From: an uncultured bacterium
GTDB taxonomy: Bacteria; Patescibacteriota; Minisyncoccia; Phycocordibacterales; UBA6065
Direction of reading: 5' to 3'
DNA length: 46,517 nucleotides
NCBI GenBank assembly: GCA_966243015.1
Contig: CBIMES010000002.1
Span: 1-46,517, forward strand
Shown in pieces: positions 29,809 through 39,774 of this stretch. The notes under the pieces were generated by a model, which saw nothing but the letters and a program-made list of their open reading frames with translations, was not told the DNA's origin and ran no database searches. The position numbers and the translations under genes are program-made. Within the stretch, counting starts at the first letter, position 1. Each line of letters starts with the position of its first letter.

Positions 29809-30879
29809 TTACAAGAGCCTCTCGAGAATCGACGGATTCGGCGAGAATACGTACGCGTTCTGGGCGGTGATCTCTCCCCTGCGCACGAGGTCAGCGAGAG
29901 ACCGGTTCATGTCAATCATACCGAGCTCGAGACCTGTCTCGATGACGGTATTGATCTCGTGCACGCGCTTCTCGCGAATGAGGTTCTGCACGGCGGCGTT
30001 CGAGATGAGGAGCTCGTACGCCGGGACGAGGCCTCCCGACACGCGAGGGATGAGACGCTGGGAAAAGATTCCCGTAAGGGTCGCCGCGAGCTGGATGCGG
30101 ATCTGGTCCTGTTGGGCTGCCGGGAACGAGTCGATGATTCGGTTGATAGTCTGGGCCGCGTTGTTAGTGTGCAGGGTCGAGAGCACGAGGTGACCCGTCT
30201 CTGCCGCAGTCACGGCAGTGGCCATGGTTTCGATTCCTCGCATCTCGCCGATGAGGATCACGTCGACATCCTGTCGGAAGACGCTGCGAAGCGCCGTCGG
30301 GAAGTCATTGGTGTCGAGACGCACCTCTCGCTGGTCGATGATGCACTTCTTCTGCTCGTAGACGTACTCGATCGGGTCCTCGATGGTAACGATGTGGTCT
30401 GCGCGCGTCTCGTTGATGCGCTCGACCATGGCCGCGAGGGTCGTGGTCTTGCCGTGACCCACAGGTCCCACCACGAGGAAGAAGCCCTGCTGCTTCTCGA
30501 TGAAGGTCTCGAGCACCGGCGGGAGGTTAAGCTCGGCGAAGGTCCTGATCTTCTTGGGAATGAGACGGAACGCGAACGACACAGACCCCTGCTGGAAGAA
30601 TCCGTTTCCTCGGAAGCGCGCCTGGCCCTGGTGATGATCGTAGGAGAAGTCGATTTCCTTCGTCTTGAGGAACACCTCGTGGTCGGCCGGCGTGAGAACA
30701 GCGGCGGCGAAGCCGAGGGTATCCTCCTTGGTGAGCACCCTCCTATTCATGAGGGGTATGAGAAAGCCTCCGACGCGGATGGTCGGATAGCGGCCGCTTG
30801 AGAGATGGAGGTCCGACGCAGACTCTTTGGTCACGGTCTCGATCAGATCCTCGAATTCCTTTTTGTAATCAAGTGGCAT
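29809..30879 (-). CDS. pilT: Pilus retraction ATPase
   Basis: SDLHL, GPVGHGKTTT, TIEDPIE, GEMRG, AAETGHLVLSTLHTN. Confidence 0.92.
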   Translation of the reverse strand: MPLDYKKEFEDLIETVTKESASDLHLSSGRYPTIRVGGFLIPLMNRRVLTKEDTLGFAAAVLTPADHEVFLKTKEIDFSYDHHQGQARFRGNGFFQQGSVSFAFRLIPKKIRTFAELNLPPVLETFIEKQQGFFLVVGPVGHGKTTTLAAMVERINETRADHIVTIEDPIEYVYEQKKCIIDQREVRLDTNDFPTALRSVFRQDVDVILIGEMRGIETMATAVTAAETGHLVLSTLHTNNAAQTINRIIDSFPAAQQDQIRIQLAATLTGIFSQRLIPRVSGGLVPAYELLISNAAVQNLIREKRVHEINTVIETGLELGMIDMNRSLADLVRRGEITAQNAYVFSPNPSILERLL

Positions 30880-30894
30880 GATACGTTGTGCGTG

Positions 30895-31293
30895 TTAGAC
30901 CGTCTTCTTCTTTGCGGCCAGGATCTTCTCTACTTCGCGAAGCACCTCCGAAGGGATCGTCGCCGCCTTGATGACGTACCCGTCGACGTTGAGCTCCTTT
31001 GCCCTGTCGATGTCCGAGGACTGGCTCTGGTTGGTAAGCATGACGACGATGGCGCCCGGGGCGAGATTCTCGTCGCGGATGACCTTGAGGAGCTCGAGGC
31101 CGTCCATGTGTGGCATGACGATGTCGAGGAGAACCACGTCAGGCTTCGCGCCCGCGCGAAGCTTCTCGAGAGCAGCGAGAGAACCGAGGGTCGTGTCTAC
31201 GTCGTACCCGTTGTTGGAGAACTTGAGGGAGTACATGCCGAGCAGGAACTTGTCGTCGTCTACGATGAATACCTTGATGTTTTTCTTTTCCAT
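30895..31293 (-). CDS. Single-domain response regulator (receiver only)
   Basis: IVDDD, LLDIVMPHMDG, MLTN, K; no output domain. Confidence 0.9.
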   Translation of the reverse strand: MEKKNIKVFIVDDDKFLLGMYSLKFSNNGYDVDTTLGSLAALEKLRAGAKPDVVLLDIVMPHMDGLELLKVIRDENLAPGAIVVMLTNQSQSSDIDRAKELNVDGYVIKAATIPSEVLREVEKILAAKKKTV

Positions 31294-31332
31294 GTGAATG
31301 AGTTCGGTAACGTGTTTAGTATATCACGGACA

Positions 31333-33042
31333 CTAGAGTCTATTGACCTCGCTGAACGCGATTTCCCCCTTGAAGGCCTTGATCATGGCGTCCTCGCGCA
31401 TGCTGAGCATGCCCTTGGCTCGGGCCATCTTGTAGATGTCCTGCTCGCTCGCGTTGGCGAGGATGGCGCGCTCGAGGTCCTTGTCCTTCTCGAGAACCTC
31501 CGCGATGGCCATTCGGCCGCGGGTTCCGTTCGGGCAGGTGCCGCTCGGCTTTGGCTCGAGGACGACCTTCGGTATGACAATTTCCTTGCGGAACTCCTCG
31601 GGAAGGTCAGCGAACTGCTTGTCGATGACAGCCTTGATGTTTCCCTCGACGGGAATCTCCTCCCCTCCCTCGCAGATGCGGGACACGAGTCGCTGGGCCA
31701 TCGAGAGGATAAGCGTAGGAGCGATGAGGTACGGGTCGACGCCCATATCCACGAGTCGGGGCACAACGCCGATGACGTTGTTGGTGTGGATGGTAGAAAG
31801 CACGAGGTGACCGGTAAGTGCCGCCTGGATGGCGAGCTGGGCGGTCTCCTTGTCTCGGATCTCTCCCACCATGATGATGTCCGGGTCCTGTCGGAGCGTG
31901 GTTCGCAGTCCCGAGGCGAATGTGTAGCCGATTTCCGGCCTCACCTGCGACTGGCTCACTCCCTCCATGTTGTACTCGACCGGGTCCTCGAGCGAGAGCA
32001 CGTTCTTTGACTCGTCGTTGATTTCCTTAAGCATCGCGTAAAGCGTCGTCGACTTACCGGATCCCGTAGGTCCCGAGATGAGGATAAGGCCGTACGGTCG
32101 CTGCATGGCGCGACGGATGGCGTCGAGGTTTCGCTGGCTGAAGCCGATGTCCTCCAGTGAGCGGACGCCCTTCTCCTGGTCGAGGATTCGCATCACCACC
32201 TTCTCGCCGTAGTACGCCGGGAAGGTCGAGACTCGGAAGTCAATCTTGCGACCCTCGATGCGGGCCGAGAATCGCCCGTCCTGGGGCTTTCGCTTCTCGT
32301 CGAGCTTCATGTTCGAGAGAATCTTGATACGCGCGATCACCGCGTCATGCACCTTGATCGGCAGCACGAGTGACGTGTGAAGGTCTCCGTCCACGCGGAA
32401 ACGCACGCGAACCTTGTCGGAGAGCCGCTCGATATGGATGTCCGACGCGGCGCCCTCCACGGCATAGCGAAGAACCGTCGCCACGATCTTGGTGACGGGG
32501 GCGTCCTCGATGATATGGGTCTTGCCCTCCTCGCCCGCCACCGGCTTGTCCCCCGCGTCAGCGTCGACGTCAGCGATGTCGGTCTCGAGCTCGTCGAGGG
32601 CGCGGGTAACCTCTCCCGAGAGACCCTTGTAGAGATCGACGGCCTGCGCGAAATCCTCCTCGGATATGAGGAAGACCTTGAAGGGCATGCTGATCTTGGA
32701 GGCGATGAAGTTGAGAGCGTCGCGCGCCTCGATATTGTCAGGGTCAACGACGCCCACCTCGAGGACGTTCTGCTTTACGGAAATTGGGACAAACCTATAG
32801 TGCGTCGCGGACTCCTCGGGAATGTACTTGAGGATGTCGAACGGGATGTTCTGATTCTTGAGCGAGCGAACGGGGATACTGAGGTACTCCCCTTTCGCGT
32901 TCAGGATGTCCTCCGAGCTCACGCCGTGCTTCTTGAGCACCTGCTCAGTCGACTCGCCCGTAAGGCGCATCTCCTCCGCGGCCGACGCGGCCTCCTTCTT
33001 GTCCAGCTTTTCGTTTTTGACAAGTATGTCGATGACGCTCAT
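31333..33042 (-). CDS. pilB: Pilus assembly ATPase (PilB/GspE)
   Basis: ASDIHIE, PQDGR, GPTGSGKSTT, LRQDPDIIMVGEIRD. Confidence 0.94.
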   Translation of the reverse strand: MSVIDILVKNEKLDKKEAASAAEEMRLTGESTEQVLKKHGVSSEDILNAKGEYLSIPVRSLKNQNIPFDILKYIPEESATHYRFVPISVKQNVLEVGVVDPDNIEARDALNFIASKISMPFKVFLISEEDFAQAVDLYKGLSGEVTRALDELETDIADVDADAGDKPVAGEEGKTHIIEDAPVTKIVATVLRYAVEGAASDIHIERLSDKVRVRFRVDGDLHTSLVLPIKVHDAVIARIKILSNMKLDEKRKPQDGRFSARIEGRKIDFRVSTFPAYYGEKVVMRILDQEKGVRSLEDIGFSQRNLDAIRRAMQRPYGLILISGPTGSGKSTTLYAMLKEINDESKNVLSLEDPVEYNMEGVSQSQVRPEIGYTFASGLRTTLRQDPDIIMVGEIRDKETAQLAIQAALTGHLVLSTIHTNNVIGVVPRLVDMGVDPYLIAPTLILSMAQRLVSRICEGGEEIPVEGNIKAVIDKQFADLPEEFRKEIVIPKVVLEPKPSGTCPNGTRGRMAIAEVLEKDKDLERAILANASEQDIYKMARAKGMLSMREDAMIKAFKGEIAFSEVNRL

Positions 33043-33055
33043 GGTGCGTTATGTG

Positions 33056-33439
33056 TTATTGAGAGACCGCGGGAGACTGATTGGCCGAGCCTGGGAGAAC
33101 GCCGACAGAGGCAGATGCCCCGATAGGCGCGAACGGGTTAGGACGGCCTGGATCCTGGGGAGTGAGCCTCGTGCCGAAATCCTCGAAGCTTCGGAATGAC
33201 GGGTCGGAGAAAATGGCGCTGTCGAGCTTGATGGTCCTCAGCTCCTGAAGGGCCTTGAGAAGGTCGCCGTCGACGCCTGTGGCCGAAGGGCTCTCGACAA
33301 TGAGAAGCGAGGTGTCATCGACCGCCGCGTCGCGACTCAGATAGGTGTAGCCGATAAAGCCCACGACGGCGAGGGTTCCGATGACTATGACCAGGCTTTT
33401 GAGTGTGTTTCCTCGTTCTTTCATAATTATTTGAGCCAA
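33056..33439 (-). CDS. Pilus-associated membrane protein (PilP position)
   Basis: Single TM, GRPNPFAP motif, between pilO and pilB; start may be ATG 33424. Confidence 0.6.
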   Translation of the reverse strand: MAQIIMKERGNTLKSLVIVIGTLAVVGFIGYTYLSRDAAVDDTSLLIVESPSATGVDGDLLKALQELRTIKLDSAIFSDPSFRSFEDFGTRLTPQDPGRPNPFAPIGASASVGVLPGSANQSPAVSQ

Positions 33440-33963
33440 TAGGTCTTTATCGTCACTTCGTAATCGTACACCTGGCTGGTGTCGCTCGCGCCGAACTTGA
33501 TCGACGAGATATCGAGGATGCGGAGGCTTCTCTCAAGATCCCTCATGAACGCGAGGAAGGTGGTGTAACTTGCCGTGACGTTAAACGACAGGGTAAGGGT
33601 CCCGTACGGAGCCTCGCTTTCGCCGATGACCGCCGACTTCTCGTCAGTCGCGCTCGCGTTGAAGCCGCCTATCGGTATGCCGAACTTGCGGGCCATCTCG
33701 TCGATATCGATGATAAGCCTGACGTTGTCGATATTGTCCGGGAGGAGTTTGAGGAGCTTGTCCCTATCAGACGCCGGGACCGCATTGTACTTCTCGAGGA
33801 ACCTGTCCCTCTCGGCCTGAAGCTGCTTCGAGTTGTCGAGGGCGCGGGTGTAGCTCTGCTTCTCCTCGCCGAGCCCCTTGATTGACTTGTAGGTAGGGTC
33901 AATATAGCCGAAGAACGCTCCGACAGACGCCAATATGAGAATGATAGAGACTATGTTGCTCAT
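33427..33963 (-). CDS. pilO: PilO-like alignment protein
   Basis: TM, coiled coil, KLLPD, Y..FL.F..DLERSLRI.DI, terminal TYW. Confidence 0.8.
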   Translation of the reverse strand: MSNIVSIILILASVGAFFGYIDPTYKSIKGLGEEKQSYTRALDNSKQLQAERDRFLEKYNAVPASDRDKLLKLLPDNIDNVRLIIDIDEMARKFGIPIGGFNASATDEKSAVIGESEAPYGTLTLSFNVTASYTTFLAFMRDLERSLRILDISSIKFGASDTSQVYDYEVTIKTYWLK

Positions 33964-34577
33964 TGAAGTGGTGTTGTAGAAGCCGGCTGGATCTGAGTCA
34001 GAGTCGACGAGTATCGGAGCAGGGCTGGATTCACCTTGCCGGTCACGCTGAACGAGATGTCGCCCGCGTTGCCAAGATCCATGTCCCCCACCGTGACTTC
34101 GGTCAGGTTCTTCTGATCGTTGAGCACGTCAGACTGGAGGGCAACCGATGCATAGCTCTTCGCCTGGCCCGTCATGGAAACCTCGACTTCCTCAGGGCTG
34201 AGGTACGAGAACTCAAAATTATTGAAGCGGACGCTCGGGAGGGTTATGTCCGCGACGAACTGGAAGAGAGGGCCGACGGAAACGTGCTGTTCGATAAGCT
34301 TGCGCGCCGTCTCGATGCGAGTGTCGAACCTGACGATCTGGGCGATGAGCTCTGGATCGAACGCACCCCTCGCCCTCTCGAGCGAAGCCTTGTCAGACTC
34401 GATCTGCTTTGCGAGGACGCGCTCATAGAAGAACGCGGCGCCTCCAACGGCGAGGGTCGTGACGAAGATAACGGTCGCGATGAGGGCGAAGAGATTAATA
34501 TTGGCCGGAGTTCGCACGCTCGACTGCGCGACAATAGGCTTCTTTGGTATGAATGATGTTTGAAATCGAGGATCCAT
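33960..34577 (-). CDS. pilN: PilN-like alignment protein
   Basis: TM, coiled coil, ferredoxin-like pattern (MTGQAKSY); between pilM and pilO. Confidence 0.7.
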   Translation of the reverse strand: MDPRFQTSFIPKKPIVAQSSVRTPANINLFALIATVIFVTTLAVGGAAFFYERVLAKQIESDKASLERARGAFDPELIAQIVRFDTRIETARKLIEQHVSVGPLFQFVADITLPSVRFNNFEFSYLSPEEVEVSMTGQAKSYASVALQSDVLNDQKNLTEVTVGDMDLGNAGDISFSVTGKVNPALLRYSSTLTQIQPASTTPLQ

Positions 34578-34628
34578 CTTCGTTGTTGACTTATTATACT
34601 ACCGCCGGACAGTCAATGCTATCCACAC

Positions 34629-35750
34629 CTACTCTGATTCCTGGAGTTTTCTGAGGGCAATGCCGATCGCGACGGCGAATTCAGGCCCCGCGGTGCGAAG
34701 CACGGGCTCGAGGAAGGCCGGGGCCTCGGTTTTCGAGAACGGGTCGCCAAGGACAACCTCGGTCTGGAACCTCGTGCGAGCGACGTCGAGCAAGCCCTTG
34801 AGAAGAGATCCCCCTCCCGTCAGGATGACTTTGGAAATGCTCCTGTTGTACTTCTGCTGGTAGTTGGAGATAACGCGATTAGTCTCGGTGAAGATATAGT
34901 CGAGGTTGAGCATGGTGATTTCCTTCACCTCCTTGTAGTCAGGCTCCGCGGAGAGACCGACAGTTCGCTTGATGTGCTCGGCGTCTCCGACGGTTTTGCC
35001 GAGAGACCTCGAGAGGGCGAGGGTGATCTCCTGCGACCCGCGGTTGATGGTGTGCGAACTGCGCAGTATCCCCCTCTCGATGATATAGAGCTTGGTCGAG
35101 CCGGCGCCCATGTCAAAGACGAGCTGGGACTCGAGACTCTGGTCAACGACCGATCGCATCGAGCTGAAGATCTCAATCTCGAAGAAGCTGGTGCTGAGGC
35201 CGAGCGTGCCCGAGATCTGGCTGAGACGACCGAGCACGTCGTTGTGTATAACGACGAGCAACACGTCAACAGACCTTCCTGACGGGGCAGCCTGCCCCGG
35301 GGCGGCAGGCTTCTCGAAATCAGAAGAAAAGGCATTCTCGTCCTTTGGCAGGATCCACCAGTCGAGCGCGACCTCGGTAATCGGCACGGGAATATACTTG
35401 CGCGCCTCGATCGGAATCATAGTGGCGAGCTGCTTTTGGTCCATGTCCGGCATGCGGATAAACGACAGAAGGCTCGACGCGGCGGCGATGGAGATGCCCG
35501 CGGACTTGGTGGTCACGTTCGCCTCCTTCATGAGGTCCCTGATCGCCTCGACGAGCTTGTCCTGCGAGAGGCTCGTCGCCCTTCCAATTTCCACGCCGGA
35601 ATACGGCCCGAGCGCAAGCTCGCCGTATGTCTCGAGAATCGCCTTGCCACCCTTCTTGCGCAGCTGAACTACCTTGATCGATGAAGAGCCAATGTCGATG
35701 CCGATGACGCTCTGCCCTTTCTTGCTAAAGAGATTTTCAAAAAATGACAT
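34629..35750 (-). CDS. pilM: Type IV pilus assembly protein PilM
   Basis: IGIDIGSSSIKVV, EARKYIP, DMGAGST, ILTGGGS, AVAIGIALR. Confidence 0.93.
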   Translation of the reverse strand: MSFFENLFSKKGQSVIGIDIGSSSIKVVQLRKKGGKAILETYGELALGPYSGVEIGRATSLSQDKLVEAIRDLMKEANVTTKSAGISIAAASSLLSFIRMPDMDQKQLATMIPIEARKYIPVPITEVALDWWILPKDENAFSSDFEKPAAPGQAAPSGRSVDVLLVVIHNDVLGRLSQISGTLGLSTSFFEIEIFSSMRSVVDQSLESQLVFDMGAGSTKLYIIERGILRSSHTINRGSQEITLALSRSLGKTVGDAEHIKRTVGLSAEPDYKEVKEITMLNLDYIFTETNRVISNYQQKYNRSISKVILTGGGSLLKGLLDVARTRFQTEVVLGDPFSKTEAPAFLEPVLRTAGPEFAVAIGIALRKLQESE

Positions 35751-35784
35751 GGCAGTGAGATGTCATCAGTATATCATGTGTTCC

Positions 35785-36453
35785 ATGACACTCGCCAAAG
35801 CCCTACGGAAAGCCGCACGATACGTGCTCGACACGTTGGCCCCGCCCGACCCAGAGGTGCGGGCAGTCGAGGACATGACCCTATCAATGCTGCGCGACGT
35901 CGTATCGACGCGGGGACATATTGAACGGGTCGACGGCGTCAGGGCCTTCCTACCCTATAGGACAGACGAAGTCCGAAAGGCGCTCGTCGAACTGAAGATG
36001 TATAAAAACGTAAGAATAGTGAAACTCTTTGCCGCGCTGACGTACGAGCACCTCGTCGAGGAACTCTCCGACCTGATGCTGTTCGAGAATTTCTCCGATC
36101 CCCTCCTCGTGCCCATTCCCATGACTGGAAGGGACAGGAGGAAGCGAGGCTGGAACCAGTGCGAGCTTCTGGCGCGAGAGCTGTCGAGGCTTGACCGGGA
36201 CGCTTTTGTAGAGCCGAGATACGACGCGCTCGAGAAGACGCGCCAGACGGACGACCAGGTGGGCAAAGGCCGCGCCGAGCGCCGCGATAACCTCGCCTCG
36301 TGCTTTGGCGTGGCCGACGAATCAGCCGTCCGCGGCAGGAATATTGTCGTAATCGACGACATAGTCACGACGGGATCGACGCTCGAGGAAGCAAGGCGCG
36401 CGCTCCTGCAAGCCGGAGCGCGCGCCGTTCTGTGCGTAGCCGTAGCGTACTAG
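35785..36453 (+). CDS. comF: ComF-family phosphoribosyltransferase-like competence protein
   Basis: LVPIP, RGWNQ, VIDDIVTTGSTL; no N-terminal zinc finger; ATG 35785 lies 7 nt after TATCAT. Confidence 0.85.
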   Translation: MTLAKALRKAARYVLDTLAPPDPEVRAVEDMTLSMLRDVVSTRGHIERVDGVRAFLPYRTDEVRKALVELKMYKNVRIVKLFAALTYEHLVEELSDLMLFENFSDPLLVPIPMTGRDRRKRGWNQCELLARELSRLDRDAFVEPRYDALEKTRQTDDQVGKGRAERRDNLASCFGVADESAVRGRNIVVIDDIVTTGSTLEEARRALLQAGARAVLCVAVAY

Positions 36454-36461
36454 AGGGAGGG

Positions 36462-36560
36462 CTATCGCTTCTTCGAAGTCTTCTTCTTTGAAGCCTTCTT
36501 GGTCGTCTTCTTTACCGCCTTCTTCACCTTCTTGACGACCTTCTTCTTGGTTTTTGCCAT
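36462..36560 (-). CDS. 32-aa lysine-rich, histone H1-like small protein
   Basis: MAKTKKKVVKKVKKAVKKTTKKASKKKTSKKR; repeated AAG codons in frame. Confidence 0.7.
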   Translation of the reverse strand: MAKTKKKVVKKVKKAVKKTTKKASKKKTSKKR

Positions 36561-36732
36561 GTGTATGCACGGAACCGATCCGCGAAAATAAATGATAGAC
36601 ACTTTCCCCTCATCGACCGTCGGGGTACATGCACCTCGGTCGAAAAAATTTCTCTCAAGGTACACCATCATTGTAAACTCTCTCGCGCGATATTCATACA
36701 AAAGTTATTCACTTTTCTCGATTGCGCGCGAA

Positions 36733-36768
36733 AAAAATATTTCCCACCGCGCGGTGGGAAATATTTTT
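36733..36768. terminator. 36-bp perfect palindrome / terminator
   Basis: AAAAATATTTCCCACCGCGCGGTGGGAAATATTTTT at the stop of the 490-aa gene. Confidence 0.75.
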
Positions 36769-38239
36769 ACTGAAGCTCGTATATGTACTCGCTTGTCTCG
36801 ACGTCCGAGATGAAGAGACTCTCGACACCCTGGCTTCTGAAGAACTCGTGGATGACGTCGAGCGCACGTGGCAGGCATCCGTTCGTGCGAAGAGTCACTC
36901 GGTACGAGTAGAGACCCCTGGCCACTGACTCGAGGCCGAAGTCGAGAAGCGTGACAAGCTCGCTGCCGGTAACGCTTATGGGACGAAGGGTCGTCACACG
37001 GAACGTATAATCAATCGAGTTGTCGAGGGGCACGCAGGTATTCCACGGCACCGAGACAGGATAGAAATTGCTGACGAGACGATTCTCCCTGATGACGGAG
37101 TCGACGCTTGTGCCCGCCTCGGTCGGCGGCGTGTACCTGTACACCTTGAGCCCTCCCACCCTGCCGAGCTCAACATAGGCATCATCCGAAAGCGCCCTGT
37201 ACGAGGATACAATTGCCCCTTCCTCCTGGGTGATGGCCACCTTCTCGTAGCGAATCACGCTGATGTTTGTCTGGACCGGGTACCACAGCACCGACGCGGC
37301 GCCGAGGGCGACCAAGATCTTCAAACGCCTCGGCCTTGTCGAGTGAAGGGCGAAATACATCGCGTAGAGCACGACAAAGGCGACGAGAGATCGGTAGAAG
37401 TAGACGAGGGGCGCAATGCTTCCCTCCGCTATTGTCGCGTGAGCGAAGGCACACGAGAGCGCGACGTACGTGAGCGCGCCGAGAGCAAAGCCGTTCCTGA
37501 CGACGACGCCCCTCTTTACCCCGGCGGCAAGCATGAGGAAGAGCGCCGCGGGAAGCACCGCATAGTCAAAGAGCCCGCCGTCGATGATGTTCTTGAGGAG
37601 GACGAAGCTCGTAAGACCGTAGAGAAAGACAAAGAGGACGACGCCCGCCTTCTTGCCCGCCGCGTACTCGGCGACCACCTGGCGGAAGTACATGATCGAG
37701 GCCACGAGGGCGACCGCAAAGGAAACGCCGGCGAGCACGAAGAGCCAGGTCGGCATGAGACCAACGAACGCCACGCCCGCGTCGACGCCTTCGTACACTC
37801 CCCCGCGATAGAACTGCGAGAAGACACCCACGATGCCCTTGAGCACATGACTATGCATGAGCTGCGACGAGGACATGTCGCCGTTGTTCATGGTGATAAC
37901 GAACTCGCTCAACGGGAACCTGTAGACAGCCATGAACCAGATGAGGGACGCAACGTTAAGGGCGTAGGACACGCCGAGGGACGAGGCCAACACCGTTCCC
38001 CACTTCCTGCGGGACGACGACTTGGGCTTGCGGACGGCAAGCCAGACGGTTACGAGACCGAGGAGAATAAGATAGGCAAGGAGAAGGGTCGTCTTCACGT
38101 AGCTTTTCTCACCGGCGAATATCTTCGTGAAGGCGCGGAGAACGTCATCGGCGTTATTCACGAAGAACGGGAGCGCGAGCAGCACGACACACGGCAGTAT
38201 GACGGCGAGCGCGACCTTCTTTTGTATATCCTTTTTCAT
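36767..38239 (-). CDS. Multi-pass membrane protein of unknown function
   Basis: About nine hydrophobic segments plus soluble C-terminal domain; HSHVLKG and KNIIDGG loops. Confidence 0.7.
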   Translation of the reverse strand: MKKDIQKKVALAVILPCVVLLALPFFVNNADDVLRAFTKIFAGEKSYVKTTLLLAYLILLGLVTVWLAVRKPKSSSRRKWGTVLASSLGVSYALNVASLIWFMAVYRFPLSEFVITMNNGDMSSSQLMHSHVLKGIVGVFSQFYRGGVYEGVDAGVAFVGLMPTWLFVLAGVSFAVALVASIMYFRQVVAEYAAGKKAGVVLFVFLYGLTSFVLLKNIIDGGLFDYAVLPAALFLMLAAGVKRGVVVRNGFALGALTYVALSCAFAHATIAEGSIAPLVYFYRSLVAFVVLYAMYFALHSTRPRRLKILVALGAASVLWYPVQTNISVIRYEKVAITQEEGAIVSSYRALSDDAYVELGRVGGLKVYRYTPPTEAGTSVDSVIRENRLVSNFYPVSVPWNTCVPLDNSIDYTFRVTTLRPISVTGSELVTLLDFGLESVARGLYSYRVTLRTNGCLPRALDVIHEFFRSQGVESLFISDVETSEYIYELQ

Positions 38240-38266
38240 GATAATAGACTCTTGTGGTAAATGAGG

Positions 38267-38719
38267 CTAGAACTTACAGAGCGGAGTGTCGGAACCCCAC
38301 CACGTGGTGTCTATGTTCTGACCCGTCTTGCAGTAGGTCCCCGACCTCTCGAGCCAGACGCGGATGCCGTAAGAATCCGTGCCCTGTCTAATGTAGAGAT
38401 AGTTGCCCGGCGCAGACAGGGGCTCTGTCGGCACTCTGGACATGAAGGGGGCGAGAGCCGCCTGGAGAACGGAGATTGACTGCACGGTGTTGTTCGAGCC
38501 AGAGGCGGGATACTGAAGATTGTTCGAAGTCGCGTACAGCTCGAGCGCGGTCTTGAGCTGCTTGACCTCGGAGACGCGCTTCGCGTCGCGTGCCTTCGAG
38601 CGAGCGCTGTTGAGCGAAGCGTAGACCGTGGAGCTCAGCACGGCGATGATCGATATGACGACGAGAAGCTCGATGAGGGTGAATCCCCGTGAACCGGATG
38701 CGCGTGGTGCGTAGTACAT
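38267..38719 (-). CDS. Orphan type IV pilin / GspG-like protein
   Basis: RGFTLIELLVVISII; KARDAKR.SE...KTALELY. Confidence 0.87.
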   Translation of the reverse strand: MYYAPRASGSRGFTLIELLVVISIIAVLSSTVYASLNSARSKARDAKRVSEVKQLKTALELYATSNNLQYPASGSNNTVQSISVLQAALAPFMSRVPTEPLSAPGNYLYIRQGTDSYGIRVWLERSGTYCKTGQNIDTTWWGSDTPLCKF

Positions 38720-38805
38720 TGCAGACCCATCGTATCACAGAGATAAAATAAAAATAAAGAAAAAAAGAGAGAGCTTGGGGCTCAGCCTGGGTATATAATG
38801 GAACC

Positions 38806-39102
38806 ATGAAACCGAGCGAACTTCGCGCAATCCTCCTCAAGGTGCAGAAAACGGGAAAGATCAACACGCCGGCGGACCTCCGCAAAGCGCTCTCCTCTTC
38901 CCCGAAGGCGAAGAAGACGTGGAACGATACCACGGACATCGCGCGACGCGACTGGATACTGTGGGTCATTTCGGGAAGGCTCGAGGAGACGAGGGCGAAG
39001 CGCATCAAGAAAGGCATCGACATGCTGTCGCGCGGGAAGAAGCGCGTGTGCTGCTTCGAGGGATTGGGGTGGCTATTGAAACAGACGAAGAAGGCACAAT
39101 AA
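38806..39102 (+). CDS. YdeI/OmpD-associated family protein
   Basis: PADL..AL..W..T..ARRDWI.WV...EETR.KRI. Confidence 0.8.
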   Translation: MKPSELRAILLKVQKTGKINTPADLRKALSSSPKAKKTWNDTTDIARRDWILWVISGRLEETRAKRIKKGIDMLSRGKKRVCCFEGLGWLLKQTKKAQ

Positions 39103-39192
39103 AAAATCAGCCCTGATTTCCGAATGCCGATTCACCAATGAGTGATACCACCCTGCGCCCAACACGCCAATCAAAGCGGCCCGCTCGGAACA

Positions 39193-39609
39193 TTAGAGCA
39201 CCATGAGGAGCGCGCCCGCGCCCACCAGGACCGCGCCAATTGCCTTAGCCCACGTGAACGACTCGCCCAGGAAAAGCACCGCGAGGACGAACACGAGGAC
39301 AATGCTTGTCTTGTCTATGGCCGCGACGACGCTCGTTGGGCCGGTTTTGAGCGCGAGGAAATAGAAGAGCCAGGATATTGCCCCGGCGACGCCCGACAGG
39401 GCGATGAACGCGAAGGCCTTGCCGCTGAATGTCTCGAAGAGGCTGAACTTCGAGAGCGAAAGGGATACTGCCACAAGGAAGACCGCCATCACAATCGCGC
39501 GCACGGTGGTGGCGAGCGTCGAGTCGACGTCCTTGAGCCCGATCTTGCCGAGTATGGCGACGAGCGAGGCAAACACGGCAGACAGTATCGCGTACGTGAC
39601 CCAATTCAT
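39193..39609 (-). CDS. EamA/DMT-family small transporter
   Basis: W..YAILSAVFASL..ILGKIG, SWLFYFLALK.G, IDK.S, LFLGE. Confidence 0.88.
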   Translation of the reverse strand: MNWVTYAILSAVFASLVAILGKIGLKDVDSTLATTVRAIVMAVFLVAVSLSLSKFSLFETFSGKAFAFIALSGVAGAISWLFYFLALKTGPTSVVAAIDKTSIVLVFVLAVLFLGESFTWAKAIGAVLVGAGALLMVL

Positions 39610-39774
39610 GAACACAGTATATACCCACGCTGGCATGATCGGCGAATCAAGGCGCTCGGGTCACTCCGAAAGAAAGTTTTTGTAGCGGGCATCGTGGGTT
39701 CAGTACCAGAGTGATGAGGCGCCATAAGGGTATTTTAGTAGAGTTTCTGAGTTTGGAATGAGGCATGTGGATCG

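Noticed and set aside
23830-35750. Absence of PilQ secretin as an anomaly, or a type II secretion system call
   Set aside because: PilT, PilM/N/O and ComF indicate type IV pili; lacking a secretin is expected for CPR-like cells without an outer membrane
34619-36713. DnaA-box-like 9-mers (CTATCCACA, TTATTCACT) suggesting an origin
   Set aside because: Isolated, mismatched and unclustered, with no dnaA nearby
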